Shown here: one piece after another, positions 41,544 to 52,399 of the stretch | Numbering within the stretch: the stretch's first letter is position 1 | How the letters are laid out: every line of letters begins with the position of its first letter | Origin: an uncultured Desulfatitalea sp. | GTDB taxonomy: Bacteria; Desulfobacterota; Desulfobacteria; Desulfobacterales; Desulfosarcinaceae | Direction: 5' to 3' | DNA length: 64,000 nucleotides | NCBI GenBank assembly: GCA_963668675.2 | Contig: CAXXMB010000002.1 | Coordinates: forward strand, 1,408,001-1,472,000 | Notes under the pieces: model-generated | Told to the model about the DNA's origin: nothing | Database searches by the model: none | The model's input: the letters and a program-made list of their open reading frames with translations, nothing else | Made by a program: the position numbers and the translations under genes

Positions 41544-42374
41544 ATGGACAAAACCAATGAGGCCGAAAACATCGCCGTGTTCTGTGACTTCGAGAATGTG
41601 GCCCTGGGTGTCAAAGAGGCGCGCTACGACGCCTTTGACATCGGTAAAGTGCTCGAACGTCTATTGCTCAAAGGCAACATTGTGGTCAAAAAAGCCTACT
41701 GCGACTGGCAGCGCTACAAGGATTTCAAGGCGGCCATGCACGAGGCGGCCTTCGAGCTGATCGAAATCCCCCACGTGCGCCAGTCGGGCAAAAATTCCGC
41801 CGATATCCGTATGGTGGTCGATGCCCTGGACCTGTGCTACACCAAATCCCACCTGGACACCTTCGTCATTGTCAGCGGCGACTCCGACTTCTCCCCCCTG
41901 GTCAGCAAGCTGCGTGAAAACAACAAGGTCGTCATCGGCGTGGGAGTCAAGAACTCAAGTTCCGACCTGCTGATCGCCAACTGCGACGAGTTTATCTACT
42001 ATGACGACCTGGTACGCAAAAAAAAGCCGCGCAAAAAACCGACCCGCAAACCGGTGCGTCAGGGCGCCAAAAGCACTGCCGGCAGCGCCCTGCCCGAGAA
42101 AGAGGCTGAGGAGCGCATTCAGGAGGCCCTGGACCTGATCATGGAGACTCTGGAAGCGCTGGCCGAGGAACGCGGATCGGAAGAGAAGATCTGGGGCTCC
42201 ATGGTCAAGCAGACCCTCAAGCGTCGTCGTCCGGGCTTCAACGAATCCTACTACGGATTTAGATCGTTCAAGCGCCTGCTTGAAGAGGCTGCCGCAAGGG
42301 AGCTGATGGAGCTGGAACCCGACGAAAAATCAGGCGGCTATATCATCAAAAGTTTTCATCAGGATGACGAGTAG
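41544..42374 (+). CDS. NYN (PIN-like) domain protein with C-terminal LOTUS/OST-HTH domain
   Basis: DFEN, KNSADIRM, SGDSDF, PGFNESYYGFRSF. Confidence 0.88.
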   Translation: MDKTNEAENIAVFCDFENVALGVKEARYDAFDIGKVLERLLLKGNIVVKKAYCDWQRYKDFKAAMHEAAFELIEIPHVRQSGKNSADIRMVVDALDLCYTKSHLDTFVIVSGDSDFSPLVSKLRENNKVVIGVGVKNSSSDLLIANCDEFIYYDDLVRKKKPRKKPTRKPVRQGAKSTAGSALPEKEAEERIQEALDLIMETLEALAEERGSEEKIWGSMVKQTLKRRRPGFNESYYGFRSFKRLLEEAAARELMELEPDEKSGGYIIKSFHQDDE

Positions 42375-42465
42375 CCCCTTCCCGCCCCAATTGTGTAAAG
42401 CCATCGTTCGCCCTGGAACATTCCCACCGATCCGGGCGGCCCACCGTCGCCCCACGCCGTCGATA

Positions 42466-42481
42466 TGGCAAGCCTATTGCA
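42466..42481 (+). promoter_or_regulatory. sigma54 promoter
   Basis: TGGCAAGCCTATTGCA consensus -24/-12, about 285 nt before next ATG. Confidence 0.65.
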
Positions 42482-42767
42482 AGTCCCGATACAGCTCATT
42501 GCTCATCCTGATGCCTGAATGGGCGGACCTGGGGAGAACATAGACACCTCTGGAATTCCAACAGTCTGTATTTAAAATATTTTTCAACTCATCAACCCTT
42601 TAAACGCAGCCAGGAGAAGATTCTTTCACCTACTGACGGTGCACCGGCACGAATGCGAGCAGTGAAAAATTTGCATTCCTGTGCAACAAAAATGCAACGG
42701 CAGACGGCATCTGACGAAGGCATCAGAGAGCACTCACAAGCAAAACAGTAAAAAAGGGAAGAGATCG

Positions 42768-43376
42768 ATGACTTCGGAAGCCAATATACTGGTGGTGGAA
42801 GACGATACGAATGTTGCAGCAGTCCTGGAAGCCCGCCTGCAATCATTCGGCTACGAGGTTTGTGATATCGCCAAATCCGGTCCCGCAGCCGTTCGAATGG
42901 CGATGGATCAGTCGCCGGACCTGGTGCTGATGGATATTCTGCTGGAGGGAGACATGAATGGGGTCGAAGCCGCAGAGCTGATTCACAACCAGGCGGACAT
43001 CCCCATCATCTTCGTCACCTGCCTGAGCGACCAGGCGTTGCTGGAGCGTGCCGTCAAGGCCAACGCTTATGGTTATATTCTCAAGCCCTATGACAATGCC
43101 GAATTGCGCTACACCATCGAAATCGCCCTGATCAAATACCGGGCCGCCAGAGAGCGAGAGCGGTTGATCGTCGATCTGGAAAAGGCACTTAAGGAGGTCA
43201 AACGGCTCAGCGGGTTGCTGCCGATCTGCGCCTCCTGTAAAAAAATACGTAACGATGATGGCTCCTGGCAGCAGATCGAAGAGTATATCCATGCCCATTC
43301 CGAAGCGGACTTTTCACACAGCATCTGCCCTGAATGCGCCAAAACCCTCTATCCGGAACTCGACACCCAGAGGTGA
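42768..43376 (+). CDS. Response regulator with C-terminal CxxC..H..CxxC tail
   Basis: VVEDD, LMDILL, LKP; LPICASCKKIR..FSHSICPEC. Confidence 0.88.
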   Translation: MTSEANILVVEDDTNVAAVLEARLQSFGYEVCDIAKSGPAAVRMAMDQSPDLVLMDILLEGDMNGVEAAELIHNQADIPIIFVTCLSDQALLERAVKANAYGYILKPYDNAELRYTIEIALIKYRAARERERLIVDLEKALKEVKRLSGLLPICASCKKIRNDDGSWQQIEEYIHAHSEADFSHSICPECAKTLYPELDTQR

Positions 43377-43456
43377 GCCAACCGATGCCCTTCGAATGAC
43401 ACGCCTCTATTGACAGGGTTGCGTTCTATCCTATCTGCCAATCCGTGGCTGGCCAA

Positions 43457-44623
43457 TTACCTGTTGCGGGGAAACGCCACAATCAGAGGCAGGGAGAGCA
43501 GCGGCAGCAGCGACATCACCGTCAGGGTGGACTGGATCGAATAGAGATCGGCCATCTTCCCCACCAGGGGAGATACGATGCCCCCCAGCCCGAAAGCGAA
43601 TCCCATCATCAGGCTGGCCACCATCGAACGTCCTTTGGGCGCCAATTGCTGCGCCAAGGCCACCCCTAGCGGCATGGTAGCCAACACAAAGATACCGGCC
43701 AGCACAACGCCAAAATAGACCCAAACCCCATCAAGATAGAGCAGCAACAGCAGCGCCGGCCCCATGAGGCCATGGGTCACGAGGAAAATCTTCTTGAACC
43801 CGATCCGGTCCGCCAAATGGCCGGCGGTCAGGCCGCTGACCGTTCCGGCGATGGTAAAAAGCGAAAAGAGCACACCGGCCGACACCACCGAAAAGCCCTT
43901 CTGGACATAAAACACCGGCATGAATGTCATAAAAGATTGCCCCACGATGGCGCGCAGCACCATCACGAGCCATATCAGCACCACCGCTCTCCAGGCGCTT
44001 CCCAGGCTCTCCCTGATCGAGCCTATAAATCCCAAAGAGCGCATCCCCTCACTCTGCGGCACCGGCACCACGGCAAACAGATAGATGGCTGACACCAATC
44101 CTATCAACATGGTGTAGGGCATCGCACTCAATCCGAATCGGGTGGCATACCAGGTGATAAATAGCGGCCCGATACCAAAGGCGAGGGTGCCGCCGGTGTT
44201 GAAAATCGACATGGCAAAACCAGCATTGCGCCCTGAATAGAGCGGCACCATTCCGGTCACCGACGGGTGAAACATGGAGGAGCCCACCGAACCGGCGGCA
44301 ATGACAATCAGCAGGGACCAAAAGCCGACGGCCATACCGGAAAGGGGGATGAAAATGACCGTCATGAGAAGACCAGTCAAGATATATCCCCGGGTCGGAT
44401 ATCGGTCCGCCATGTAACCGGCAAAGGGTTGGACAATAAAGGCCAAAATACGGTTAACGCCGGCGACGATGCCCACTTCGGTGAGGGAGAGCCCCAGTTT
44501 GTCGACAAAAAGAGGAAACAGTGGCGTGGTAAAGGAGCTGTAGAAATCCCCAGTGAAATGGACGAGGGTAAGAGCGAAGAGCACTTTGACGCTGGCTTTG
44601 GCAGATGGATTCATGGGACGCAT
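43457..44623 (-). CDS. MFS transporter (Fsr-like)
   Basis: About 12 hydrophobic segments, QPFAGYMADRY, MFHP, GHLADRIG. Confidence 0.88.
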   Translation of the reverse strand: MRPMNPSAKASVKVLFALTLVHFTGDFYSSFTTPLFPLFVDKLGLSLTEVGIVAGVNRILAFIVQPFAGYMADRYPTRGYILTGLLMTVIFIPLSGMAVGFWSLLIVIAAGSVGSSMFHPSVTGMVPLYSGRNAGFAMSIFNTGGTLAFGIGPLFITWYATRFGLSAMPYTMLIGLVSAIYLFAVVPVPQSEGMRSLGFIGSIRESLGSAWRAVVLIWLVMVLRAIVGQSFMTFMPVFYVQKGFSVVSAGVLFSLFTIAGTVSGLTAGHLADRIGFKKIFLVTHGLMGPALLLLLYLDGVWVYFGVVLAGIFVLATMPLGVALAQQLAPKGRSMVASLMMGFAFGLGGIVSPLVGKMADLYSIQSTLTVMSLLPLLSLPLIVAFPRNR

Positions 44624-44824
44624 GCTATCCTTATCGGGAACGGGCCAGGTCGCAAGTTGGATTCGACCTTTACGATCAATTGACGATCAGCGCCGTAGGA
44701 CAAAATGTGATGGGCTGTTTTTTAGGCCGTTGCACTGCCGGCTGCCGGAAAAACGGCACTATAAGGAGCTCCTTTGACAGCGTCAACTAAAATTGTAGAG
44801 AGAGATAGAAAGCGACGTCGAGGA

Positions 44825-45265
44825 TTAGCTGGTCACGGTAATTTTCAGCCACCGCCGCAGGCATTGAAACGCCACACCATCTCGGAGCCTGGCTTTGTTC
44901 ACGGGGATAAGGCCGACACGCATGGAGACCATCTGGTCTTCACCCCACGGCCACCACGCCACACAGAGGACCAGATTGTGAAGCGGATAAGAGGTGAAGA
45001 GAACCTGCCCAGGCATGAGCCCGAATTTAGCGTTCACCCATTCGATGATCGAGGCGTTTTCAGGAGGGGCGGATGAAAAGTTCCAATGGTGACTGAACTC
45101 CTTGAACAGAGGGAAAAAGACCAGTTCAGCATCCTCACCCTGGAGGACGACCATCGCCATATGACGCTGCTCATCCCACTCCCACGCATAAGCATTAGGA
45201 ATATTAATACATATCTTCCGGCATATCTCCTGGAACGGAGCCAGATCCTCCAATGTAATCTGCAT
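44825..45265 (-). CDS. Hypothetical protein
   Basis: 146-aa Trp-rich ORF, AAGGA RBS, WWPWG motif. Confidence 0.65.
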   Translation of the reverse strand: MQITLEDLAPFQEICRKICINIPNAYAWEWDEQRHMAMVVLQGEDAELVFFPLFKEFSHHWNFSSAPPENASIIEWVNAKFGLMPGQVLFTSYPLHNLVLCVAWWPWGEDQMVSMRVGLIPVNKARLRDGVAFQCLRRWLKITVTS

Positions 45266-45556
45266 TCGGCGTCCTTATCGCGTCGATCTCAACTCAACCC
45301 ATACGGGAACCACCCGGGGCCTGTTTTCATACTATCGGCCTTTGATCCCCAATCCTTGAGTCGCCCCCTATCAATGCCTACCCCCCTATGTCAAATTCGC
45401 CTCCCACTGCCCTTCCATATTCTTTTTGGTCGAATTTTGGTTGAATTGACAGCGACTATCTGCAACATTTTGAGATCTCACACTCAATCGACACACCTTT
45501 GCAAAAACGAGCATAACGGTCCTGTACAATCGATAGATTCAAGCGAGGTGCAACTG

Positions 45557-46372
45557 ATGCTGAATGTCACCTGGACCGGCGCCGCCGGCCTTCAATTTGA
45601 AACGGACAAAGAGACGATTCTCATAGACCCCTACCACACGCGCGTGGACATCTTTAATACCCTCCTTGGGCCCATATCAGCCGATACGGCGGCCATTGAC
45701 GCCCGACTTCCGGACATGAAGAAAATTGCAGCCGTCATCGTCGGCCACACCCATTCGGATCATGCCCTGGACGTGCCCCACATCGCCTCAAAGTCAACGT
45801 GCACAGTGGTAGGCAGCGCCTCCATGGACACCTTGATGAACTTGAGTGAAATGCCCGGCAGGGTCCGGGTCTGCTCAGGAGGAGAAACGGTGTCGCTGGG
45901 CGATGGCGCGTCGGTGACCATGATTCGATCCACACACGGTCTGGTGATCCTGGGGAAGGTTCCCTTTCCAGGGGAGATCCGCCCCACCAACACCCTTCCC
46001 ATGAAGGCAAGCGGATATCGGGTGGGGACGGTTTTCGCCCCAAAGCTTCAAATCAAGGACACCACCTTTATCCACGTGGGCAGTGCCAATTTTATCGAGA
46101 AGGAGATGGAGGGGCACACCTGCGACGTTCTATTTCTATGTGTGCCGGGGTGGAAAAAGCGGGAGAACTATCCCCAACGGCTGATCGAAATGACCCAACC
46201 ACAAACGGTCGTTCTTTTCCACTATGATGACTTTTCCAAACCGCATAAAAAGGGAAAAAGCACCCGACGACTACCGTTTGCCGATATGAAGGGACTGATT
46301 AAGGCCATCAAGGCCCACGCCCCCCGACTCAGGGTGATGGTCCCGGAGATATTCGAAACGATGCGTTTCTAA
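45557..46372 (+). CDS. Metallo-beta-lactamase-fold hydrolase
   Basis: GAGG RBS; ILIDPY, GHTHSDHALD, HYDDF. Confidence 0.85.
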   Translation: MLNVTWTGAAGLQFETDKETILIDPYHTRVDIFNTLLGPISADTAAIDARLPDMKKIAAVIVGHTHSDHALDVPHIASKSTCTVVGSASMDTLMNLSEMPGRVRVCSGGETVSLGDGASVTMIRSTHGLVILGKVPFPGEIRPTNTLPMKASGYRVGTVFAPKLQIKDTTFIHVGSANFIEKEMEGHTCDVLFLCVPGWKKRENYPQRLIEMTQPQTVVLFHYDDFSKPHKKGKSTRRLPFADMKGLIKAIKAHAPRLRVMVPEIFETMRF

Positions 46373-46393
46373 TAGTGGTCGGGCCGATGGAAC

Positions 46394-46436
46394 AAAAAAA
46401 GATGGATTTGCGATCACAGTGCAAACCCATCTTAAT
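46394..46436. terminator. Terminator hairpin between convergent MBL gene and rpmB
   Basis: A7-GATGGATTTGC...GCAAACCCATCTT; U-tract on minus strand. Confidence 0.65.
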
Positions 46437-46480
46437 TGATTTTTTCGGACAGTTGCCGCCTTATAACCCGCCGATGACGA

Positions 46481-46672
46481 TCAGGCGGATTTCACCACAC
46501 GGCCCGATTTGATGCAGTTGGTACAAACCAACAGCTTTTGGACCTTGCCTTCATGAAGGGCACGGACGTTCTGCAGATTGGGCTTGAAACGACGTTTGGT
46601 GACATTGTGGGCATGGCTCACGTTGCTGCCCACCATCGGCTTCTTTCCACAAATTTCACATACTCTGGCCAT
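46481..46672 (-). CDS. rpmB: 50S ribosomal protein L28 (Zn-ribbon form)
   Basis: [32 protein letters not shown]. Confidence 0.96.
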   Translation of the reverse strand: MARVCEICGKKPMVGSNVSHAHNVTKRRFKPNLQNVRALHEGKVQKLLVCTNCIKSGRVVKSA

Positions 46673-46807
46673 TGGATCTCTCCGCGATAATCGAGTCAGT
46701 CAACCGGTCACTTGGCCGGTTTTGTTCAAAAGACGAATTTGGTTTCATACATCCTTTATTTGAATCTGTAAAGTCCTTTTTGAAATCCAGCCGGCAAAAA
46801 CAAAACA

Positions 46808-47479
46808 TCAGGGTTGGGAGGGATCGACGGGCTGATAGGCCTCACACTCGGCGATGTACAGGAGTGACTGGTGGTGATAACCAACATCCGGATAGTCGCT
46901 GATAACCGCCATGAACCGCTCCAGGGCCGCTTTGTAAAATCCCTGGCCGAAGTAGTATTTCCCCACATAATATTCATGTCCCGCAATGCTCTTATAGCAG
47001 GCCGGGATATGGCTCTGAGCCTTGGCGGCATAGGCATCGTTCGGGTATTGGCCGATGAGCCTGCGGAAGGTTTCCAAGGCTTTTCGTGCCGGCATCTGAT
47101 CGCGATCGATGGCGTCGATCTGCTCGAAGTAGCACAATCCGATCTGGTAGACCACATAGGGCGTCGCCTCGTTGCGGGGATGCAGACGCTCAAACTCCTC
47201 ATAGGCGGCCACGGCCTCAGGATACTCCTGCAGGTGATAGTGGGCATCGGCGATCTTCAGCTCGGCCAGGATGGCGTAGTTGCTGAAGGGGTACCAATCC
47301 TTGAGCTGTTCGAATGCGTCTAAGGCCTTCTTGTAACTGCCTTTGTCGTAGGCTTCGACGCCCTCCTGAATCAACTCATCGGCCCGCTTCTCCTCATCGC
47401 CCTTACCGAACCACGCACAACCGGAACAGGCCAACAGTGCCCAGATAAGGACCATCGCAGTAATATGAACTGGCTTCAT
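46808..47479 (-). CDS. bamD: Outer membrane assembly lipoprotein BamD
   Basis: Lipobox-like SGC, YPFS, F.RLHP, DRDQ, HEYYVG. Confidence 0.9.
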   Translation of the reverse strand: MKPVHITAMVLIWALLACSGCAWFGKGDEEKRADELIQEGVEAYDKGSYKKALDAFEQLKDWYPFSNYAILAELKIADAHYHLQEYPEAVAAYEEFERLHPRNEATPYVVYQIGLCYFEQIDAIDRDQMPARKALETFRRLIGQYPNDAYAAKAQSHIPACYKSIAGHEYYVGKYYFGQGFYKAALERFMAVISDYPDVGYHHQSLLYIAECEAYQPVDPSQP

Positions 47480-47483
47480 TGAA

Positions 47484-47810
47484 TCAGAGGATGCTCTTGA
47501 GTGTGTCTTCCAGCTTGGTTTTGGCGACCATGCCGGTGATCTGGTCCACCACCTTGCCGTCTTTGAAGAATATCAGGGTTGGAATGGCTTTTATACCGAA
47601 CTTGCCCGGTGTAACGGGGTTGTCGTCCACATTGCATTTTGCGAATTTGACCTGATCGCCATACGTGCCGGCCAAATCTTCGATCACCGGGCCAATCGCT
47701 TTGCACGGACCGCACCACGGGGCCCAAAAATCAACCACGACGGGTTTTTCAGACTGCACGATCTCGCTGTCGAAACTGTTGTCGCTTATCTCCATAATCC
47801 CTTGTGCCAT
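47484..47810 (-). CDS. trxA: Thioredoxin
   Basis: DFWAPWCGPCK; ATG 47810 after AAGGA. Confidence 0.95.
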   Translation of the reverse strand: MAQGIMEISDNSFDSEIVQSEKPVVVDFWAPWCGPCKAIGPVIEDLAGTYGDQVKFAKCNVDDNPVTPGKFGIKAIPTLIFFKDGKVVDQITGMVAKTKLEDTLKSIL

Positions 47811-47928
47811 AATCTCATTGTCCTTTCTACCAAGGCGTTCGATTGAATGGGACAAAATAATATGAACCCCAGGGGTTGTCAACCATACGGCTGCGTGAAT
47901 GTAAGAATGGATGCTCGTTCTGAAGGGG

Positions 47929-49146
47929 CTACTCCGATTCCGGGAAGGTGTTTGCCCATTCACACGCCTGCTGATAAAGCTTGGGCAGCTTATCCTGGGG
48001 GATCCGCAGCGCGTCAGCCAGCCGGGCAACCAGGGGCCACTCGCCCTTCTCATAGCACTCCATCAACCCCAGGTAACCGATCAGCTCACCACGACGATGG
48101 CACAGGGCATCTTTGATTCTTTCAGAGAGGGGCAGATCCTTCATGACTGTCATCATGGGCTGATCGACGATGGCGTCGATCAGGGAGAACATCCCCAGGG
48201 TGAACAGTTCGGCCGAGGAGCTCCGGTCGCTGGATAGTCCCCCCATTAGCTCACAAAATTTACCCCTGATACAGGCAGCTCGAATCAGCTCGTCCGGCTT
48301 TCCTTTGCCCAGGTTGGACATGGCCATCAGCGAGACAAACCGTCGTATCTCCGCTTCTCCCATGTAGACGAGGGCCTGCTGGATGGAGGTGATCTCCTTG
48401 GCCTTGGCGAAGAAGGCGGAGTTGATATAGCGCAACAACTTGTAGGAGAGGCTGACATCCGGCGCGATCAGTTTCTCAAGAGAAGAGAACTCAAAATCGG
48501 CACGGTTCACTTCGGCCATGATCTGAAGCAGGTTCAACTGAGGGCCGGAAACATCCTTGCCCTTGACCAGTTGGGGTTTGCAGAAGAAAAACCCCTGGAA
48601 GTAGTCGAACCCCATCTGTTTGGCTTGCTCGAATTCGTCGTAGGTTTCGACTTTTTCGGCCAGCATTTTCAGGCCGTTTCGCTTGGGGAGCTGCTGCAGA
48701 TATGAGGCGATCTGATCCATCGACGAAAGCCTGAAATCGAACTTGATGATATGGGCGAGGTTGATCAACGGGTCGAGTTCAGGGGAGTATTCGAAATCGT
48801 CCAGGGCGAGGGTATAGCCCTTGTTCACCATCTCCTGGCAGGCGTCAATCAATTCGGAGGTGGGTTCCACATTTTCCAGAACTTCGACCACGGTCTCCTC
48901 TTTGGGCAGCAGCAGCGGCACCTTTCTGACGAGCAGATTCTGGGTGAAATTGATGAATGACTTCTTACCGCCGATCAGGGTGTCGATGCCGATATTGAAA
49001 AAGGTGTTGGCCAACACGGTAGATGTGGCTGTATCGCCATCGATATCGGGGGCGAACTTGGCGGTGGAATCCCTGAACAGCAGTTCATAACCGAATATCT
49101 TTTTGCGGGTGTTGAAGATCGGTTGACGGGCAACGTATGCATCCAT
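47929..49146 (-). CDS. EAL + HDOD domain protein (YuxH/PdeH-like)
   Basis: ARQPI, YELLFR, ALDDF, AEKVE, QGFFF, LLRYINS. Confidence 0.9.
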   Translation of the reverse strand: MDAYVARQPIFNTRKKIFGYELLFRDSTAKFAPDIDGDTATSTVLANTFFNIGIDTLIGGKKSFINFTQNLLVRKVPLLLPKEETVVEVLENVEPTSELIDACQEMVNKGYTLALDDFEYSPELDPLINLAHIIKFDFRLSSMDQIASYLQQLPKRNGLKMLAEKVETYDEFEQAKQMGFDYFQGFFFCKPQLVKGKDVSGPQLNLLQIMAEVNRADFEFSSLEKLIAPDVSLSYKLLRYINSAFFAKAKEITSIQQALVYMGEAEIRRFVSLMAMSNLGKGKPDELIRAACIRGKFCELMGGLSSDRSSSAELFTLGMFSLIDAIVDQPMMTVMKDLPLSERIKDALCHRRGELIGYLGLMECYEKGEWPLVARLADALRIPQDKLPKLYQQACEWANTFPESE

Positions 49147-49397
49147 GCTTATAGCGCATCCAATTCAGGTTGGACTAAGATCTGCTCCATTTCTCAATCA
49201 CTATCGGTTCGATATCGGAAAACTTTAGCCACGCGAAGTGCCATGCCGTTTCGGTGCAATCCCTTTTGGGGCAAACCTTTTTCGACCCTTTGACAGCTGC
49301 GGTCAGGTCTGATAGCCATTGATCATCATTGATCATCACCCCAACCGCTGAACTGGTGTACCGAACATCCGAATTCCCTCATCAAAGGAGCAACGCG

Positions 49398-50201
49398 ATG
49401 GAGACCAAACTACGTATCGGCGCCATGATATCGGGCGGCGGCACCAACCTTCAGGCAATTATCGATGCTTGTGAATCGGGAGACATTAACGGTGAAATGG
49501 TTTTTGTGGGATCGGACAATCCCAATGCGGCCGGCCTCGGGCGCGCCGAACGACACGCTATTTCCAGTTTTGTCGTCGACTACGGCGCCATCATCCGTCA
49601 ATATAAAAAAGCGCCTGAGGCCCAGACCCCACCGCCCGATTTCGATCTGGACGAAATGTGGCTCAAACAGAGTCTGTTCGAACCGAATGCGCAATCGACA
49701 CTGGTCGAGACATTTATCACCACCCGCGCCATTGCCGAAGCGCAGCTCCTCGAAAAGATGAATTCATACCCGGTGGATCTGCTGGTGCTGGCGGGCTTCA
49801 TGCGCAATCTGACGCCCTATTTCATCGACCGTTTCAACACCGACCCGGACCGCCCCCGCATCATGAATATCCATCCAGCCCTACTGCCCGCTTTCCCCGG
49901 CGTAGACGGCTACGGCGACACCTATCGATATGGATGCAAGGTGGGTGGCTGTACGGTTCATTTCATCGATTATGGCGAGGATTCCGGCCCCATTATAGGC
50001 CAGAAAAGCTTTCCCATCACAGAGGAGGACACCCTCGACACCATCAAACGAAAGGGTTTGGAGCTCGAATGGCAGCTCTACCCGGAGTGCATCCAGCTAT
50101 TTGCCGAAGATCGGCTTCAGACCGTGGTGATGACCCACACGCTGGACGGTGGTGAGGTGGTCCAAAGAAGGGTCGTGAAGGTCGTTAAGAGAAGTGATTA
50201 A
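49398..50201 (+). CDS. purN: Phosphoribosylglycinamide formyltransferase (long form)
   Basis: ISGGGTNLQAI, LAGFMR, NIHPALLPAFPG, GCTVHF, DSGPII. Confidence 0.88.
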   Translation: METKLRIGAMISGGGTNLQAIIDACESGDINGEMVFVGSDNPNAAGLGRAERHAISSFVVDYGAIIRQYKKAPEAQTPPPDFDLDEMWLKQSLFEPNAQSTLVETFITTRAIAEAQLLEKMNSYPVDLLVLAGFMRNLTPYFIDRFNTDPDRPRIMNIHPALLPAFPGVDGYGDTYRYGCKVGGCTVHFIDYGEDSGPIIGQKSFPITEEDTLDTIKRKGLELEWQLYPECIQLFAEDRLQTVVMTHTLDGGEVVQRRVVKVVKRSD

Positions 50202-51367
50202 AGTAGCTTCATCATCATCGGAAAGGCCACAAACGTTCCCGCCGCGCTGCCCAGGTTGGTGAAGGCCACGACCAGCAGGATGCGCGTCACTTTGTTGTTC
50301 CAGAAACCGCGCACCGATTGAATGTCCTCTTGGAGGTGCTCGAAGTCCCGCACTTGGGGTTTGCGCGAAAAGGCTTCTACCAGTCCCGACACCCACCCGG
50401 CAGCTATCATGGGATTCAAAGATGTCAGCGGGGCCGCCAGCACGGATGAGATGATCGTTATCGGATGGGCCCAGGCGATCAGCGCCCCCAAACCGGCCAG
50501 GAGGCCGTTTGCACCGACCCACCAAATCAACATGCCGGTGCCCACGTCGGAGCCGCCCCTGAAAAAACCGAACAGCAGCAGCGCTATAATGGACAGGGGA
50601 ATGCCCCATTTGAGAATCGTTCCCAGATGCCCTTTGGGCGGCAGGGTTTCGAGCTGATCGACGGCCAGCGGCTGCGACCAGTATTCCATGATGCCCGGCA
50701 CATGCCCCGCGCCAATGACGGCAACGATCTTCTCCCCCGGTGCGCTGCGGATTTTCGCTGTCAGGTATTGATCCCGTTCATCGATCAGCGTTTTCCGAAT
50801 GGTGGGAAGGGAGCGGCCGACCTCTGCCAGAACCGTTTCCAGCATGTCCTGCTGCTTCAGGCGCTCCACCTCTTCTGCGCTGATCTCGTCCACGTCGCCG
50901 AATGAGAGCACCAGCTGAAAGATCAACTTGATGCGCGCCCACCAACTCATCTGGCGCCATGTGCGCGACAGGGTGACACGCACGTCGCGGTCGGCCAGGT
51001 GAATCGCAGCACCACTCGCTTCGGCCGATTCAATGGCCTGTATCATCTCCTGGCCGGGACGGATATCCAGTTTGGCCGCAATACGCTTTTGGAAAGAGGC
51101 CAGGATCAGGTTGGAGAGCAGCAGAAAAGCCTTCTTTTCCCGTATGACTTTGACAATGTCCATCTGCTGCCAGCTGTCTTTCTGACGCAAGGTCTGGAAT
51201 CGGCCGGCACACAACTCGACACAGACGGTGTCCGGCTTCTCCTCCTCGATCACCGATTTGACCAGCTCAACACTCTGCTTAGACACGTGAGCGGTGCCGA
51301 CCAGCACGATCTCTTTGCCCTCATAGGAGAGACGATGTACGGGATCACTGTTGTTTTTCGAGTCCAT
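50198..51367 (-). CDS. TraB/PrgY (pheromone-shutdown-like) membrane protein
   Basis: VGTAHVS, VCVEL, PGQEM, LIDERD, GAGH, C-terminal TM segments. Confidence 0.88.
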   Translation of the reverse strand: MDSKNNSDPVHRLSYEGKEIVLVGTAHVSKQSVELVKSVIEEEKPDTVCVELCAGRFQTLRQKDSWQQMDIVKVIREKKAFLLLSNLILASFQKRIAAKLDIRPGQEMIQAIESAEASGAAIHLADRDVRVTLSRTWRQMSWWARIKLIFQLVLSFGDVDEISAEEVERLKQQDMLETVLAEVGRSLPTIRKTLIDERDQYLTAKIRSAPGEKIVAVIGAGHVPGIMEYWSQPLAVDQLETLPPKGHLGTILKWGIPLSIIALLLFGFFRGGSDVGTGMLIWWVGANGLLAGLGALIAWAHPITIISSVLAAPLTSLNPMIAAGWVSGLVEAFSRKPQVRDFEHLQEDIQSVRGFWNNKVTRILLVVAFTNLGSAAGTFVAFPMMMKLL

Positions 51368-51514
51368 CAATATTATAGGTAACCTCTTATTCGTTTATTT
51401 GGCGTGCGCGTCCGGGGGAGATGCCGGGGAGAATCCATCGGGCGGCAGGTAAAACCTGGACAATATTATACGCTTTAAGCAAGATGTCAACGGCATCCGG
51501 GAGGCTGCACCACC

Positions 51515-52321
51515 ATGGCACCGCAAGATCCGGCTAATTTCAGCATTTCAGAGGAACCTTTCTACCTGAGCAGCGATAACGAAATCGAGCTTTTCGAGAC
51601 AGCCTGGCAGGCGAAACTGCCGGTGATGCTCAAAGGCCCCACCGGCTGCGGCAAAACCCGTTTCGTGCAACACATGGCCTGGCGCCTGAAGCGCCCCTTG
51701 ATTACCGTGGCCTGCCACGAAGATCTGTTTGCATCCGACCTGCTGGGGCGCTATCTCCTTCAGCACGATGAAACCGTCTGGGTGGACGGTCCGCTGACGC
51801 GCGCCGTGCGCATGGGGGCGATCTGCTATCTGGACGAAGTGGTCGAGGCTCGCAAGGACACCACCGTGGTCATCCATCCTCTGACCGACGACAGACGCAT
51901 GGTGAGCATCGACAAAAAGGGAGAGGTGCTTCAGGCCCACCCGGACTTCATGCTGGTAATCTCGTACAACCCCGGCTATCAATCGGTACTCAAAGACCTC
52001 AAACAGAGCACACGCCAGCGCTTCGTCGGCATCCAGTTCGACTACCCGCCACCAGAGCAGGAGGCCGGCATCGTAGCCGCTGAAGGCCGGATCGAACCCG
52101 ACATGGCCGAACGGCTCGTGACCCTGGCCGGCAAGATCCGAAATGTCCGTGAGCAGGGCCTGACCGAAGGGGCCAGCACACGCCTGCTCATCTATGCGGC
52201 CAAGATGATCCGGCGCGGTATCCCGCCGGCCCAGGCCTGCAAGACGGCCATCTGCCAGCCGCTCACCGACGACGACCGTCTTCAGGAGACCCTCGCCGAT
52301 CTGATCGATGATCTATTTTAG
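51515..52321 (+). CDS. CbbQ/NirQ/NorQ-type MoxR AAA+ ATPase
   Basis: [47 protein letters not shown]. Confidence 0.92.
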   Translation: MAPQDPANFSISEEPFYLSSDNEIELFETAWQAKLPVMLKGPTGCGKTRFVQHMAWRLKRPLITVACHEDLFASDLLGRYLLQHDETVWVDGPLTRAVRMGAICYLDEVVEARKDTTVVIHPLTDDRRMVSIDKKGEVLQAHPDFMLVISYNPGYQSVLKDLKQSTRQRFVGIQFDYPPPEQEAGIVAAEGRIEPDMAERLVTLAGKIRNVREQGLTEGASTRLLIYAAKMIRRGIPPAQACKTAICQPLTDDDRLQETLADLIDDLF

Positions 52322-52399
52322 ATTTTACGCTTCAACCTTCGGGTTGCGCATAGTGTACATGCGAAGGAGAATCCAGCAGGTGGTCTGCACCTCACGATT

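Noticed and set aside
45086..45556. N-terminal extensions in ORF track (also fabH 1289, metW 30681, trxA 48053, proS 56428, nrdR 63375)
   Set aside because: They overlap neighbouring genes or intergenic DNA; internal ATGs with RBS fit family lengths
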